Positions 24,819-34,244 of a DNA stretch of 41,239 nt are shown here, piece by piece. A program made the position numbers and the translations under genes. The DNA comes from Pseudomonadota bacterium (lineage in GTDB: Bacteria > Bdellovibrionota_C > UBA2361 > OMII01). The notes below the pieces were generated by a model. It searched no databases. It was not told the DNA's origin and saw only the letters and a list, made by a program, of their open reading frames with translations. Location of the stretch: positions 1 to 41,239 of the forward strand of contig OMII01000052.1 of assembly GCA_900299055.1 (NCBI GenBank), given 5' to 3'. Position 1 is the stretch's first letter. Every line of letters begins with the position of its first letter.

Positions 24819-26789
24819 CTATGCCGCCGACGCAACCTTCTGGCTTGGCACGGAGACGTTTGAGGGCTCTACTGAGAACCCATTTGATGGAGACTCCCAC
24901 AGCAGGTAGGTGTATCCGCCGAGGCTCTCTTTGTAGCGGCTCATGAATTTTGCTGAGTCTTCAGCGCTCATCGTGCCGTTACGAACGGCTAGATCGATCA
25001 TGCGGTTGAGCCCATTAAGAAGATCGTCGCCACTATACTGCACGTAGCTCAAGACCTCCTTAATCGTGTCCCCCTCAACGATGGAGCTGATTCGCGGTGC
25101 GCCTGTCTCGTCAACTTCGACGTGCACGGCGTTTGTGTCACCGAAGAGGTTGTGCAGGTTTCCAAGACACTCTTGATAGGCTCCTACAAGAAAGATACCG
25201 ATGTAGTACGGCTGATCGCCCTTGTATGGGTGAAGATCGATGTGACGTTGTACACCATGCAGGTCGATGAACTTATCGATTTTTCCATCGCTGTCACACG
25301 TGAGGTCGGCGATTACTGCACGTCGACTGGGCTCAGTGGCTAGTCGATGGATCGGCATCATCGGGAAAAGCTGCTCGATTGCCCAGTGGTCAAGAATCGA
25401 TTGGAACACCGAGAAGTTGCAAAAATAGGTGTCTTTGAGCATTCCTTCAAGGGCTTCAAAGTCCTCGGGGATGTGCTTGAGTTCATTCCTGAGACCGTTG
25501 ATTCGGGTGAAGAGGAACCGTAGCGATCGCTCGGCATATGCGCGTTCCTCAAGGGTAATATTCCCTTGAATAAAGCGCTGCAAGAACTCATCGCGCAATG
25601 CTAATGCGTCGCTGAATGTCTCGTGACAGTTCTTTAAGCTTAGATCCCTGTACAGGATGTTGAGCTCGCGCAGTTTATCGTCATCTGACGGAGCAGATTC
25701 GAGTTGTGTCGGTGGCTCTGGAACCTCAGCTACATCCATAACCTCAGTTACAAGCACTGCGTGGTGCGCTACGAGTGCTCGACCTGACTCGCTGATGATG
25801 TTTGGATGTGGTGTGCCAGATTCATCACACGCGGTCGTGATTTCCCACACAACATCACGTGCATACTGATCAGTCGTGTAGTTCATCGATGATTCAAAGT
25901 TGGTTCTGCTTCCATCGTAGTCGACGCCTAGGCCGCCTCCAACATCAAGGAACTCGATTGAGGGGCACATCCGGTATAGCTCGGTGTAGACGCGCGCCGC
26001 CTCTCGCATTCCCTTCTTGATAGCATTAATCGACGTTATCTGACTTCCCATGTGAAAGTGGAGAAGCTTCACGCAGTGGGCCATTCCTCGCGCTTGAAGC
26101 TGCTTGACTGCTTCAACAATCTCAAAGAGAGCGAGGCCGAATTTTGCGTTCTCTCCAGCCGAACCCGCCCATCTGCCGGCGCCTCGGTTTGATGGATTCA
26201 TACGCAATCCGATCTCGGGCGTGACTCCGATAGCCTCACTGGCACGAATAATCGTGTCGAGCTCGTAAAATTGCTCGACCGTGATAATTGGTCGAAGGCC
26301 CAACTTGCTCGCCATGAGTGCGAGCTCAATAAATTGATAGTCTTTGTACCCGTTGCAGAGTAAGAGGCCATGCGGGAGATCGTGGTTGGCGAGTACCGCA
26401 AGCAGCTCTGGCTTGCTACCGACCTCTAATCCAATGGTGCTGCCGTCGACGGCTTTTTTGATGCTGTCTACGACCTGACGCTGTTGGTTTACCTTGACCG
26501 GATAGGTAAGTGTGTAATTACCCTTGAAGTCACATTCGGCGATCGCCTTGTTAAAGGCGTTGTAAATTCCCTGCGCGCGTTGGCGGAGGATTCCATCAAA
26601 GCGGATCAAGAGCGGCGGCTTAACACCACGGCGTACGACATCTTCGACGATGGTGTGCAGATCGATCGAGGGGCGATTGGTGTCCGGCTGCACCTCGACG
26701 TTGCCACGTTCGTTAATCTTAAAGTATCCCGCACCCCAGCCTTCGATTCGATACTGCTCGCTGCTTTTTGAAATATCCCATGAGCCCAT
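24819..26789 (-). CDS. speA: biosynthetic arginine decarboxylase
   Basis: WDISKSSEQYRIEGWGAGYFKINERGNVEV N-terminus, YPVKVNQQRQVV (PLP-Lys region), LEVGSKPEL, DVGGGLGVDYDGS and ~650-aa length, as in SpeA. AAGGAG SD upstream of the ATG. Confidence 0.9.
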   Translation of the reverse strand: MGSWDISKSSEQYRIEGWGAGYFKINERGNVEVQPDTNRPSIDLHTIVEDVVRRGVKPPLLIRFDGILRQRAQGIYNAFNKAIAECDFKGNYTLTYPVKVNQQRQVVDSIKKAVDGSTIGLEVGSKPELLAVLANHDLPHGLLLCNGYKDYQFIELALMASKLGLRPIITVEQFYELDTIIRASEAIGVTPEIGLRMNPSNRGAGRWAGSAGENAKFGLALFEIVEAVKQLQARGMAHCVKLLHFHMGSQITSINAIKKGMREAARVYTELYRMCPSIEFLDVGGGLGVDYDGSRTNFESSMNYTTDQYARDVVWEITTACDESGTPHPNIISESGRALVAHHAVLVTEVMDVAEVPEPPTQLESAPSDDDKLRELNILYRDLSLKNCHETFSDALALRDEFLQRFIQGNITLEERAYAERSLRFLFTRINGLRNELKHIPEDFEALEGMLKDTYFCNFSVFQSILDHWAIEQLFPMMPIHRLATEPSRRAVIADLTCDSDGKIDKFIDLHGVQRHIDLHPYKGDQPYYIGIFLVGAYQECLGNLHNLFGDTNAVHVEVDETGAPRISSIVEGDTIKEVLSYVQYSGDDLLNGLNRMIDLAVRNGTMSAEDSAKFMSRYKESLGGYTYLLWESPSNGFSVEPSNVSVPSQKVASAA

Positions 26790-27093
26790 GTCTGCGCTTC
26801 TCCTTGGTTATGCTTGGTTAGGTTTGATGGTTGAGTAGAGAGGACTGTTCCCGATGCGCATCGAACACACGATAGCGGGGAGCATAGCGATTAATCGTTT
26901 TGAGGTTGCGGATATCTGCAATGTTTTTTGACGACTACAAACGGGGAACCGGTCGAATATGTTCATCAGCTTCTTCACTATGAGAAGGCAGGTTTCCAGC
27001 TGCCGCTCTCAAATTTCTTCACCCGCTCTTGTGGTCTCTCAACTTCCACGAGAGCTATCTCTACTCGTCTGGAGTTGTTCCGCTCTACTGGTT

Positions 27094-27112
27094 CTATCAG
27101 AGTCTCTGATAG
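27094..27112. promoter_or_regulatory. perfect 9+1+9 palindrome CTATCAGAGTCTCTGATAG in the long speA upstream region (candidate operator)
   Basis: I checked by hand that the reverse complement is identical except for the central base. Flanking CTCTAC / GTAGAG can extend the pairing. It lies ~305 nt upstream of the speA ATG. Confidence 0.3.
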
Positions 27113-27270
27113 TAGGTAGAGAGGAGGCTCGACGAGCGCTCGCACGCTCCTGACGTACAGGAGCTGTGATGAAGAGCAGATGGGTTCCCACGCCACTGCG
27201 CTCACACTGCCGAAAATGTAATGTAAATCGGCGACGTACGCAAATTTTTTGCTGACGAAACCCAGGTTGT

Positions 27271-28641
27271 TTATCGAGCGCTCGAGCGCTGAGCGAAGGT
27301 AGCCGGTGGAGGCTGAGGCACGGTGAAGACAACAGCGGTTCCTTCGCCTTGCCGGCTCAAGATGCGCAGCTCTCCGCCGTGGAGTCTAGCTATTTTGCCG
27401 CAAATTGAGAGCCCGAGACCGGAGCCCTGCGTTGTTCGACTGGCGTTTGTGCCTCGGACAAAAGCTTTCTGAACGCGGTCTAGTTCGGATTCGGGGATGC
27501 CCATGCCGGTATCTGAGACCGTAACGCGAACACCAGCGGAGCAGGGTTCAAGGAGCACCTCGATTCGGGCGCCCTGTGGTGTGTAGCGGATGGCATTTTC
27601 GATGAGGTTGCGGATAAGTCGCTCAAGAAGTTGGATGTTTCCAAACCCAAGTGGCAGGACGGGGGAGATCTCAGTGCGCACTCGGAGAGCACGTTGGTCG
27701 AATACCTGGCTGTAGCTCATAACGACATCCATGACGAGGTCGGCCAGCGACAGGGGCTCCATCTCAATCCCGTCCGGATTCAGCTCGAGCTTGGTCACGT
27801 TATGAAGGTCGTTAATCAGATTCGAGGCTGATTGGGTGCTTCGCAAAGCGACGGTGACACATCTCTGCGTGTCAGCATGACTGAGTTTATCGCCCTTCTC
27901 TAAGAGTGTCTCAAGGTAGCCCTGTACGGCGGACAAGGGGCCCCGCAGGTCGTGAGAGATGGTCGCTAGCGATGTGTTAATTGAGCGGCGTTGTTGGTAG
28001 AGCGCTCGAGCGAGTACCCCGCCCACGAGAAGTACGACGAGCAATACTGTGCCGGTAGTAAGAGCACTTATTTTCAATCCCAAAAACGAGTGAGCGCCGG
28101 GCAGATGATGTACTCCGTCTAGCACGACGTATAGATAGTACTCGCCGCTCTGAAGTCGGAGCGGCGCCACTGATATCGGATGTTGAGCAGTTACATTGTG
28201 AGGGTCATCGCCGAGTACGGTGAGGGTTGCGGCGGTGTTTGCTGAGGCAGTGAGCATCGATTTAGTCGACACAAAGGGCAGCGAGACCCGGCCATAGGAG
28301 GGGGGCGATATCCGCACAATTCCAAGGTGGTCGGTGATATATATTCGGACGGCAGGGTTAAGGGAGGCTAACGATTGAAGGCGCTCTGACACCTGATTCA
28401 TGTCGGCAGCCTCACTAAAAACCCTCAGTCGGTCGGCAAAATGGCGTGCTACATCATGATTTGCTGCAGAGGTTGCTGAGTTTATTGCGGTAGAGGACAT
28501 CCTTGCGGTTGACCAGGCGAGCAACGCGCAGAGCCCCAGCACGGTACCTGCCAGAGATATCATGGCAATGATGGTAGCGAGTCGGTGCCGCCGAGATATA
28601 ACGCCGCCGCGTATGCGCCCAACGAGTCGCCAGAAGCTCAT
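27271..28641 (-). CDS. sensor histidine kinase (two TM segments, periplasmic loop, HisKA + HATPase_c)
   Basis: H-box ISHDLRGPLSAVQGYLETL, N-box LIRNLIENAIRYT, G1 VSDTGMGIP, G2 GSGLGLSI. Two hydrophobic segments flank a ~150-aa loop. Confidence 0.85.
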   Translation of the reverse strand: MSFWRLVGRIRGGVISRRHRLATIIAMISLAGTVLGLCALLAWSTARMSSTAINSATSAANHDVARHFADRLRVFSEAADMNQVSERLQSLASLNPAVRIYITDHLGIVRISPPSYGRVSLPFVSTKSMLTASANTAATLTVLGDDPHNVTAQHPISVAPLRLQSGEYYLYVVLDGVHHLPGAHSFLGLKISALTTGTVLLVVLLVGGVLARALYQQRRSINTSLATISHDLRGPLSAVQGYLETLLEKGDKLSHADTQRCVTVALRSTQSASNLINDLHNVTKLELNPDGIEMEPLSLADLVMDVVMSYSQVFDQRALRVRTEISPVLPLGFGNIQLLERLIRNLIENAIRYTPQGARIEVLLEPCSAGVRVTVSDTGMGIPESELDRVQKAFVRGTNASRTTQGSGLGLSICGKIARLHGGELRILSRQGEGTAVVFTVPQPPPATFAQRSSAR

Positions 28642-28642
28642 A

Positions 28643-29350
28643 CTACTCCTTGCCTGGTTGTTCAGAGGCGCTTACGCATCGATAACCGACACCCCACACC
28701 GTTTGGATAAAAAACGGCGCGGCTGGGGATTTCTCGATCTTTGTCCGGAGGCGATTGATGGTGGTGTTAACGGTGTGTTCGTATGCTGATGATGTGTATC
28801 CCCAGACCCCGTGCAGGAGTTGATCTCGGGTAAAAGCTCGGCCGGCGTGCTTAGCCATATAGAAGAGTAAGTCGAATTCGGTGCTTGTGAGCTCGACAGG
28901 GTTTCCGTGACGAGAGACTGTTCGACTGGCGGGGTCGATTCGAAGTCCGTGCAGCGTAAGGCTAAGGTCTGTGTTGTGGGTAAGTTCGGGGGCGCGCCGC
29001 AGAAGCGCCTTAGCTCGCGCTACTATCTCGCGCACACTAAAGGGCTTCGTCACGTAATCATCGCAGCCTAATTCCAGGCCCAGTATCTTATCAACCTCCT
29101 CGCAGCGAGATGTTAGCATCAAGATACGAGCCGAGACGTTGTGGGCTCGCAGTTCTCGCAAGATCTCAATTCCACTTTTCCCGGGTAACATACAGTCTAG
29201 GATAACGAGGTCGTACCCGTCGCTTATTCCCAGCTCGAGGCCCTTGGTTCCTGTGTGCGCACAGGTCACAACGAAGCCGTGTTCTTGTAGATGAAGCGTG
29301 AGCAGCTCCGTGATGGCAGCGTCATCTTCGATGATCAGAACCCTATTCAT
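28643..29350 (-). CDS. OmpR-family response regulator
   Basis: Receiver domain: VLIIEDD...DLVILDCMLPGKSG...LTSR...KPF. Winged-helix output: LTSTEFDLLFYMAKHAGRAFTRDQLL...NRLRTKIE...IQTVWGVGYR. Its stop is 1 nt from the kinase start. Confidence 0.9.
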   Translation of the reverse strand: MNRVLIIEDDAAITELLTLHLQEHGFVVTCAHTGTKGLELGISDGYDLVILDCMLPGKSGIEILRELRAHNVSARILMLTSRCEEVDKILGLELGCDDYVTKPFSVREIVARAKALLRRAPELTHNTDLSLTLHGLRIDPASRTVSRHGNPVELTSTEFDLLFYMAKHAGRAFTRDQLLHGVWGYTSSAYEHTVNTTINRLRTKIEKSPAAPFFIQTVWGVGYRCVSASEQPGKE

Positions 29351-29560
29351 ATCCCACCCGCAACAACCTCTACGCGTCGCTCGTACATCTCAGGCGCGCG
29401 TCGGCACTTGTTCTCTCTTGTCGGTGATATGCGGTTTTGGGCAGAGGGTGTGCGGTTCGACCGCGGAAAACGGGCCAATCAGTTGTTTAGCCTACGAGAT
29501 TCCCCTAGGGCGATGGCTGGGGCAGATAGTAGCTCGAGCTGCGGGGCAGCTTTGGTGCCA

Positions 29561-31021
29561 TTACTCCGTCGCTGTCGGTGTTTCCGGCTGGAGGCTCGTT
29601 ACAGGCACGTCCTTGGCGGCACTTGCTTCCGCTGCGTCGTCACATGGCGTTGGGGTGAATGTAGCGCTTGGGGATGCGAGAAGCGGAGCGCGCGGTCGAA
29701 TCCTGAAGGTATTTCCGAATAGTGCCGCCGCAAACATAAACGCCAGTGGATACAGCGGTAGGAGATAGCGCGGAAACTTAACTTGAAAATAGCCAGTGGC
29801 CATGAAGAACACGAGCAGGAAGGTCAGGGGGATGACTTCGGAGCGCAGAGGCTTCGCAAGGAACTCTTGGCGCAGCACCTTGTCGATCGATTCTAGTAGT
29901 ACGCGCCCGGTTGCGACGCCGATTCCGAGAATAGCGACTATAAACAGCGGCCAGCCCATCGTGTACCAGAGCATCTGCTGTAAGTGGTAGATGTAGGGCA
30001 GGGTGTGGGCGTATTGAATAGTGTACGGAGGGCGCCAGTAGCCTCGCACCATGTTTGTCTGCTCACTGGTGTGATGCTGGAACGTTTGAAAGTCTAGGAT
30101 CGCATACGGTTCAGCGAGTGTGAAGACGAGCACCCCAAGACTCAGCGCGGCAAAAAGGTGCGAGAGCGAGAGCGATATCCGTCGGAGGGCATAGCTTGTC
30201 GCCGCAAGAAACGGAATTGAGAGCGGAATGATGCACGCCTGCTCAAGAACCCGGTATCCAAGCACACGAGGCCAACCCTTCCAGTAGATCAACTTCAAGG
30301 TGACTATCATCAATACGATTGATACGAGCAGAGTTCCTAGCGCCTGGAGCGGACGACGCCAGTTGTTGTGCGGTAGCCACTCTCGCAGTGTGGATATTGC
30401 TACCACCAAGGCGAGCGGGACGAAGAGGAACGCGGAGCTTATCTTTGTAGCGGTAGCTAAACCGGCGCAGGCTCCAAACACGAGATGCGACGAGAGGGTC
30501 CTATTCTCGTACGCTTTAACCAACGCAATCAATGACACCAGCGCCAGTGTTGTGAGGGTGATATCGCTGGTAAAAAAACGGGAGAGTTGGAGGTGGAAGA
30601 CATTCACCGCCAGGAAGAAAGCCGCGATAAGACCAACGAGCGATCGGCGGTAAACGAGTAAGCTGAGGTAGTAGCAGAGCCCCACGGCGATTGTGCCCAT
30701 GACGATACAAAAAGCGCGGCCGACGACGAAGAGTCCATCGTACGTCACTGCGTTTGGTTTAAAGGGCTTTACGAGGTGAGCGAATCCCCATGCTGCGTAG
30801 AACGAGAAGCTGCCGTACGCGAACGACTTGGGGTTCATCTTGTTAGCTTCAAGGGAGCTGGTAACGTTGACGATGTGACGCTCGTCGGGATGGGTCCCAA
30901 TGGCGTGCTCAAGGCCGGTGAGGCGAAGGCCGGCGGCCGCAATCATGATGATGAATAGCAGGACGAGGTCCCAGCGGCGTGAGATAAGCCAAACGGTCGT
31001 GCGATTAGGTTCTTTCGACAT
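29561..31021 (-). CDS. GT-C fold glycosyltransferase (family 39/83, ArnT/PMT-like) integral membrane protein
   Basis: About 11-12 hydrophobic segments. The first loop carries GLEHAIGTHPDERH (Asp-Glu acidic motif position typical of ArnT/PMT_2-type enzymes). Size and topology fit. Family assignment is from pattern only. Confidence 0.6.
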   Translation of the reverse strand: MSKEPNRTTVWLISRRWDLVLLFIIMIAAAGLRLTGLEHAIGTHPDERHIVNVTSSLEANKMNPKSFAYGSFSFYAAWGFAHLVKPFKPNAVTYDGLFVVGRAFCIVMGTIAVGLCYYLSLLVYRRSLVGLIAAFFLAVNVFHLQLSRFFTSDITLTTLALVSLIALVKAYENRTLSSHLVFGACAGLATATKISSAFLFVPLALVVAISTLREWLPHNNWRRPLQALGTLLVSIVLMIVTLKLIYWKGWPRVLGYRVLEQACIIPLSIPFLAATSYALRRISLSLSHLFAALSLGVLVFTLAEPYAILDFQTFQHHTSEQTNMVRGYWRPPYTIQYAHTLPYIYHLQQMLWYTMGWPLFIVAILGIGVATGRVLLESIDKVLRQEFLAKPLRSEVIPLTFLLVFFMATGYFQVKFPRYLLPLYPLAFMFAAALFGNTFRIRPRAPLLASPSATFTPTPCDDAAEASAAKDVPVTSLQPETPTATE

Positions 31022-31163
31022 AGGGTAAAAGGTAGCCCCTCAAGGGGGGTGTGGACAATCACCTTTTCGGTTGAGTTTGCCCTGTCTATGACCAGAAGGT
31101 TCCATGATGAGATAGCAAATCTGGTCTCGCCAAACCGCCCGTAACATTTAAAGATACGGGGGT

Positions 31164-32948
31164 ATGAGACTCTCGGACCTAATTAAGCGACACCTCGGCA
31201 AGGCTATCTTTTTGTTCGTCGCGGGCTACAGCCTGGTATACGCGATAGCATTCATTCACCTCTACTCCATGGAGCATCCGTACCGGCTGGCGAGTGCCTG
31301 GATATACGAGCACGTTCCAGCGGGGAGCACGATCGTTGCTCCTCATTGGGATGATAAGATCCCGGTGACTCTGCCTGGCCCAGGCAATCGGGTGCCGCAG
31401 ATCTACAAGATGGATGGCCGCGAGTTTGAGTTGCCGGTGTATGAGCAGGACAATCCGCCAAACATTCAGTTGTTACTGAAGAGGATTGCCGCAGCGGATT
31501 ATATTTCTTTTGCTACCCCGCGCACTCCCGATTCCATCCCTCGCATCGAGAAAGAGTATCCACATACTACAGCGATCATCCAGCTGTTGTGGGCAGAGAA
31601 GTTGGGGTTTTCATTTGCGACTTCGGTTAAAAATCGACCCGCGTTTTTAGGGATTACGTTTAATGATGACCTCGCGGATGAGAGCTTTTCAGTATACGAC
31701 CACCCTAAAGCGGTCATTTTTAAGAATGAGGAGCGGCTCTCAGCAGAAGAACTGTGGTCGCGAGTGATGCGGGTTGATGACTATCGACCACTGCCCTCGA
31801 TGAACGAGATCTTGTTGATGGATCAGGGCGGATGGACGCCGCAGCGCACGTTGTGGAGGCCTGAATGGACCTCGATAGTACGTAGCGTAGCATTTGCGCT
31901 GGTGATCGGTTTGGCCTTGTGGTCGTTAGTTGCAGGATCACGCGTTTCGTCGTCGCTCATGGGGGTCGTGATTGGCTTCGGAGGTGTGGTAGCCACCCTG
32001 GTTGCCGTTGTTGCGAGCCAAGTGCGGCTCCTGCCTTTCACTGGAGCGGCAGGAAGGTTCATCGCACTGGGTCTTGTAGCGATGGCCCTCGTTAGGCTGT
32101 CGCTGCAAGCTCGGGCACGGTCGCGTGTGTGGGCCTCGCTGCGAGATCACGGGCTGTGGTTGGTGATCACGATTGCTGCCACGCTGATGATCGTGCGGTT
32201 AGTAGCGGCACCATCTGGTGTCGTTCCGTTTGTGGGGGAACAAGGCTCGGCTCACTATCTTGCGTATGTTACGCGCGCTGAGACCCTTGATCTTGAGGCC
32301 ATGCCCCGCCTGGGAGTGATGCCGGCGGTTGTTGTGCCGGTCGCTTGGCTTCTTAAGTCAACGGCAGTGCCGTTCTCGCTACTCTATGAAGTCGCCAGTG
32401 TGCTGATCGGATTCACGCAAGCGTGTGTGCTCTACTCACTCTTTGCGCTTCTGTTCAAAAAGAGGGGAGCCGTTGCCCTCGGTGCGGTGCTGGCGTCAGT
32501 GCCACTGACCTACCTGCTGTTCGGTGCCTCAACAGGCGTCGGTAGTGAGCCAAGTGAGCGTGCACAGTTGTCGCCGGAGCGAGTCGCGTTTGTTCGTTGG
32601 GCGAATGCCACCATAAAAGGCGCACCAAGCTTTGTAGAATCGTGCGACGACACAACTGGGCCGGATGTTGTTCGGCAAGCGGGGCTCCCAGTCGCGAGAG
32701 ATGTCGTGCTCGAGGATGGGCAACGTCTGTGCGCTGTTGTAGATCCCGAACGGGCATTCAAAGCAATGATGCAACACCACCTACAGTTCTTTGTTACACC
32801 TGCCGTAGGTCAGAGTGTCTCCCCTGCTAGTCGGGAGCGTCTTGCTACCTTTAGCGCCAAGAAAGAGCTGTTCTCTGCGATCTATCAAGACGAGAGAGTG
32901 GTCGTGTTTGCCCCCGCTTTTGCAAAGCTCTATCGGTTCGAGGGGTGA
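31164..32948 (+). CDS. large hypothetical membrane protein (N-terminal TM + soluble domain + multi-TM block + C-terminal soluble domain)
   Basis: 594-aa ORF divergent from the GT-C gene. It has one N-terminal TM (IFLFVAGYSLVYAIAFIHLY), a ~200-aa hydrophilic segment, ~7 hydrophobic segments (aa ~240-470) and a cytosolic or periplasmic tail. No motif recognised. Confidence 0.5.
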   Translation: MRLSDLIKRHLGKAIFLFVAGYSLVYAIAFIHLYSMEHPYRLASAWIYEHVPAGSTIVAPHWDDKIPVTLPGPGNRVPQIYKMDGREFELPVYEQDNPPNIQLLLKRIAAADYISFATPRTPDSIPRIEKEYPHTTAIIQLLWAEKLGFSFATSVKNRPAFLGITFNDDLADESFSVYDHPKAVIFKNEERLSAEELWSRVMRVDDYRPLPSMNEILLMDQGGWTPQRTLWRPEWTSIVRSVAFALVIGLALWSLVAGSRVSSSLMGVVIGFGGVVATLVAVVASQVRLLPFTGAAGRFIALGLVAMALVRLSLQARARSRVWASLRDHGLWLVITIAATLMIVRLVAAPSGVVPFVGEQGSAHYLAYVTRAETLDLEAMPRLGVMPAVVVPVAWLLKSTAVPFSLLYEVASVLIGFTQACVLYSLFALLFKKRGAVALGAVLASVPLTYLLFGASTGVGSEPSERAQLSPERVAFVRWANATIKGAPSFVESCDDTTGPDVVRQAGLPVARDVVLEDGQRLCAVVDPERAFKAMMQHHLQFFVTPAVGQSVSPASRERLATFSAKKELFSAIYQDERVVVFAPAFAKLYRFEG

Positions 32949-32972
32949 GCCCTCTGGTGTTGCGGAGCTTTT

Positions 32973-34244
32973 TTATTTGTGAAATTCGGATGTCAGACGT
33001 TCGATGAGCGAGTTTATATCGACGCGCTCGTAGCTCATGAGAATGTTCGAGGCGAGCGCGTTGTGATCATCAGGTCGAGAATTCAGCGCGATACCATGAA
33101 AGCGAGCTCCTAAGCGGGTGTGTAGCCCTCCGAGCGCGGGATCTACTGGCTGGTGGGATCCTTGGTCACAGAACTTTCGTAGGAGGGCCCCCAGGAGTGG
33201 AGCGAACGCACCGTTTTGTAAGGGGTTCCAGTCTGACTGCGGGTCGGGTCGCTCGAGTAGGCTAAGGACTTTTTCGTCAAAAATTCTCGGATGCTCCGCC
33301 CGCAGCCAGTTCACAAAGTGGCGCGCTTGCGGGTTCGGAACCTCACGGCCTTTACGGGCGCTTTTCTGCCAGCGCAGGATAGCTTCAAGACGGATCTCTT
33401 TCGAGAGCTCTGGAGGGAGTTCTTGAATATCACCAAAACGCTCGAGCTGATGGGATTCTCTAGCCCTGGGAGAGTCAGCGCGGCGTGTAGTTGTCTCGCA
33501 CCCGATGATGTAGTTGATCAAAAGCTGAGCTTTGTAGTGTGGGTGGAAGTCTAGGAAAGTGTCAATCGAGCCATGGTTCTCTTGGACGACTTGATCGAGG
33601 GTTCTATAGAATCGTGGTAGAGCTCCTCCCGCGCGACTAAAGGCTATCACTCCATCTTTGCCGAGACCTGTGGCTAGGGCGTCGCTTGCGTGAATGAGTG
33701 AAGTTGAAACTGAGGTGCCGTCTGAGGTTGTCGCGCGCTCTTTGTGCACGATGATCCAGAAGTCGTAGAGATGGGAACCGTGTGCATCGTAGTGCGCGGG
33801 GTTCAGAGCATCTTGGTACCGCGTGAGGTGTGAAGAAGAGGTAAAGAAAATTGCTCCTGCCTGAACTATGGCCCCATCTTTTTGGAACTCAGCCACAAGC
33901 ACCTGTTGGTTGTGAACAAGCTCTGTGATCTGGTGCGTGCTAAGGTGTATTTGAAAATCGGCGGGGCTTTTACCCTGAATCTCAACGATTGACGCTAGAT
34001 CTGCTGCAGTGGCGCACCGAACGGACACAGGGTTGCTGATAGACGGAGAACGCGAGGTGGTAGTAAAGGTAAAGTGCTCTCGTAGAATGCTTTGTCGAAT
34101 CTCTTCGCTTCCAAGGCCGCTTGCGCAGGAGGCGTGGGGTGGAAAAAAGTGTTGCTGCTCAGATAGTGGGTCCATACCGTGTGAAACAAAGCATCGCAGG
34201 GCTTGTGGCGGCGTTTGAGCCGGATGTCCCCTTCGACGAAGCAC
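32973..34244 (-). CDS. hypothetical cytoplasmic protein (N-terminal part faintly GNAT-like)
   Basis: 423-aa ORF; an alternative start at MDPLSEQQ is possible. VRCATAADLASIVEIQ...VLVAEFQKDGAIVQAGAIFF resembles GNAT strands 1-4, but I could not find a motif A. The C-terminal DPALGGLHTRLGARF...RPDD...NILMSYE block is unassigned. Confidence 0.45.
   Translation of the reverse strand: MLRRRGHPAQTPPQALRCFVSHGMDPLSEQQHFFPPHASCASGLGSEEIRQSILREHFTFTTTSRSPSISNPVSVRCATAADLASIVEIQGKSPADFQIHLSTHQITELVHNQQVLVAEFQKDGAIVQAGAIFFTSSSHLTRYQDALNPAHYDAHGSHLYDFWIIVHKERATTSDGTSVSTSLIHASDALATGLGKDGVIAFSRAGGALPRFYRTLDQVVQENHGSIDTFLDFHPHYKAQLLINYIIGCETTTRRADSPRARESHQLERFGDIQELPPELSKEIRLEAILRWQKSARKGREVPNPQARHFVNWLRAEHPRIFDEKVLSLLERPDPQSDWNPLQNGAFAPLLGALLRKFCDQGSHQPVDPALGGLHTRLGARFHGIALNSRPDDHNALASNILMSYERVDINSLIERLTSEFHK

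Noticed and set aside
26928-27332. Four short ORFs (63-97 aa) on both strands in the speA upstream region
   Set aside because: They overlap each other, have no SD, are low-complexity (Ser/Arg/Leu-rich) and one runs into the kinase gene. I treat the region as non-coding.
29291-29768. Two overlapping plus-strand ORFs (143 and 156 aa) across the RR start, the intergenic region and the GT-C gene end
   Set aside because: They overlap well-supported minus-strand genes at both ends. They are Arg/Ser/Ala-rich as expected of off-frame GC-rich sequence, with no SD.
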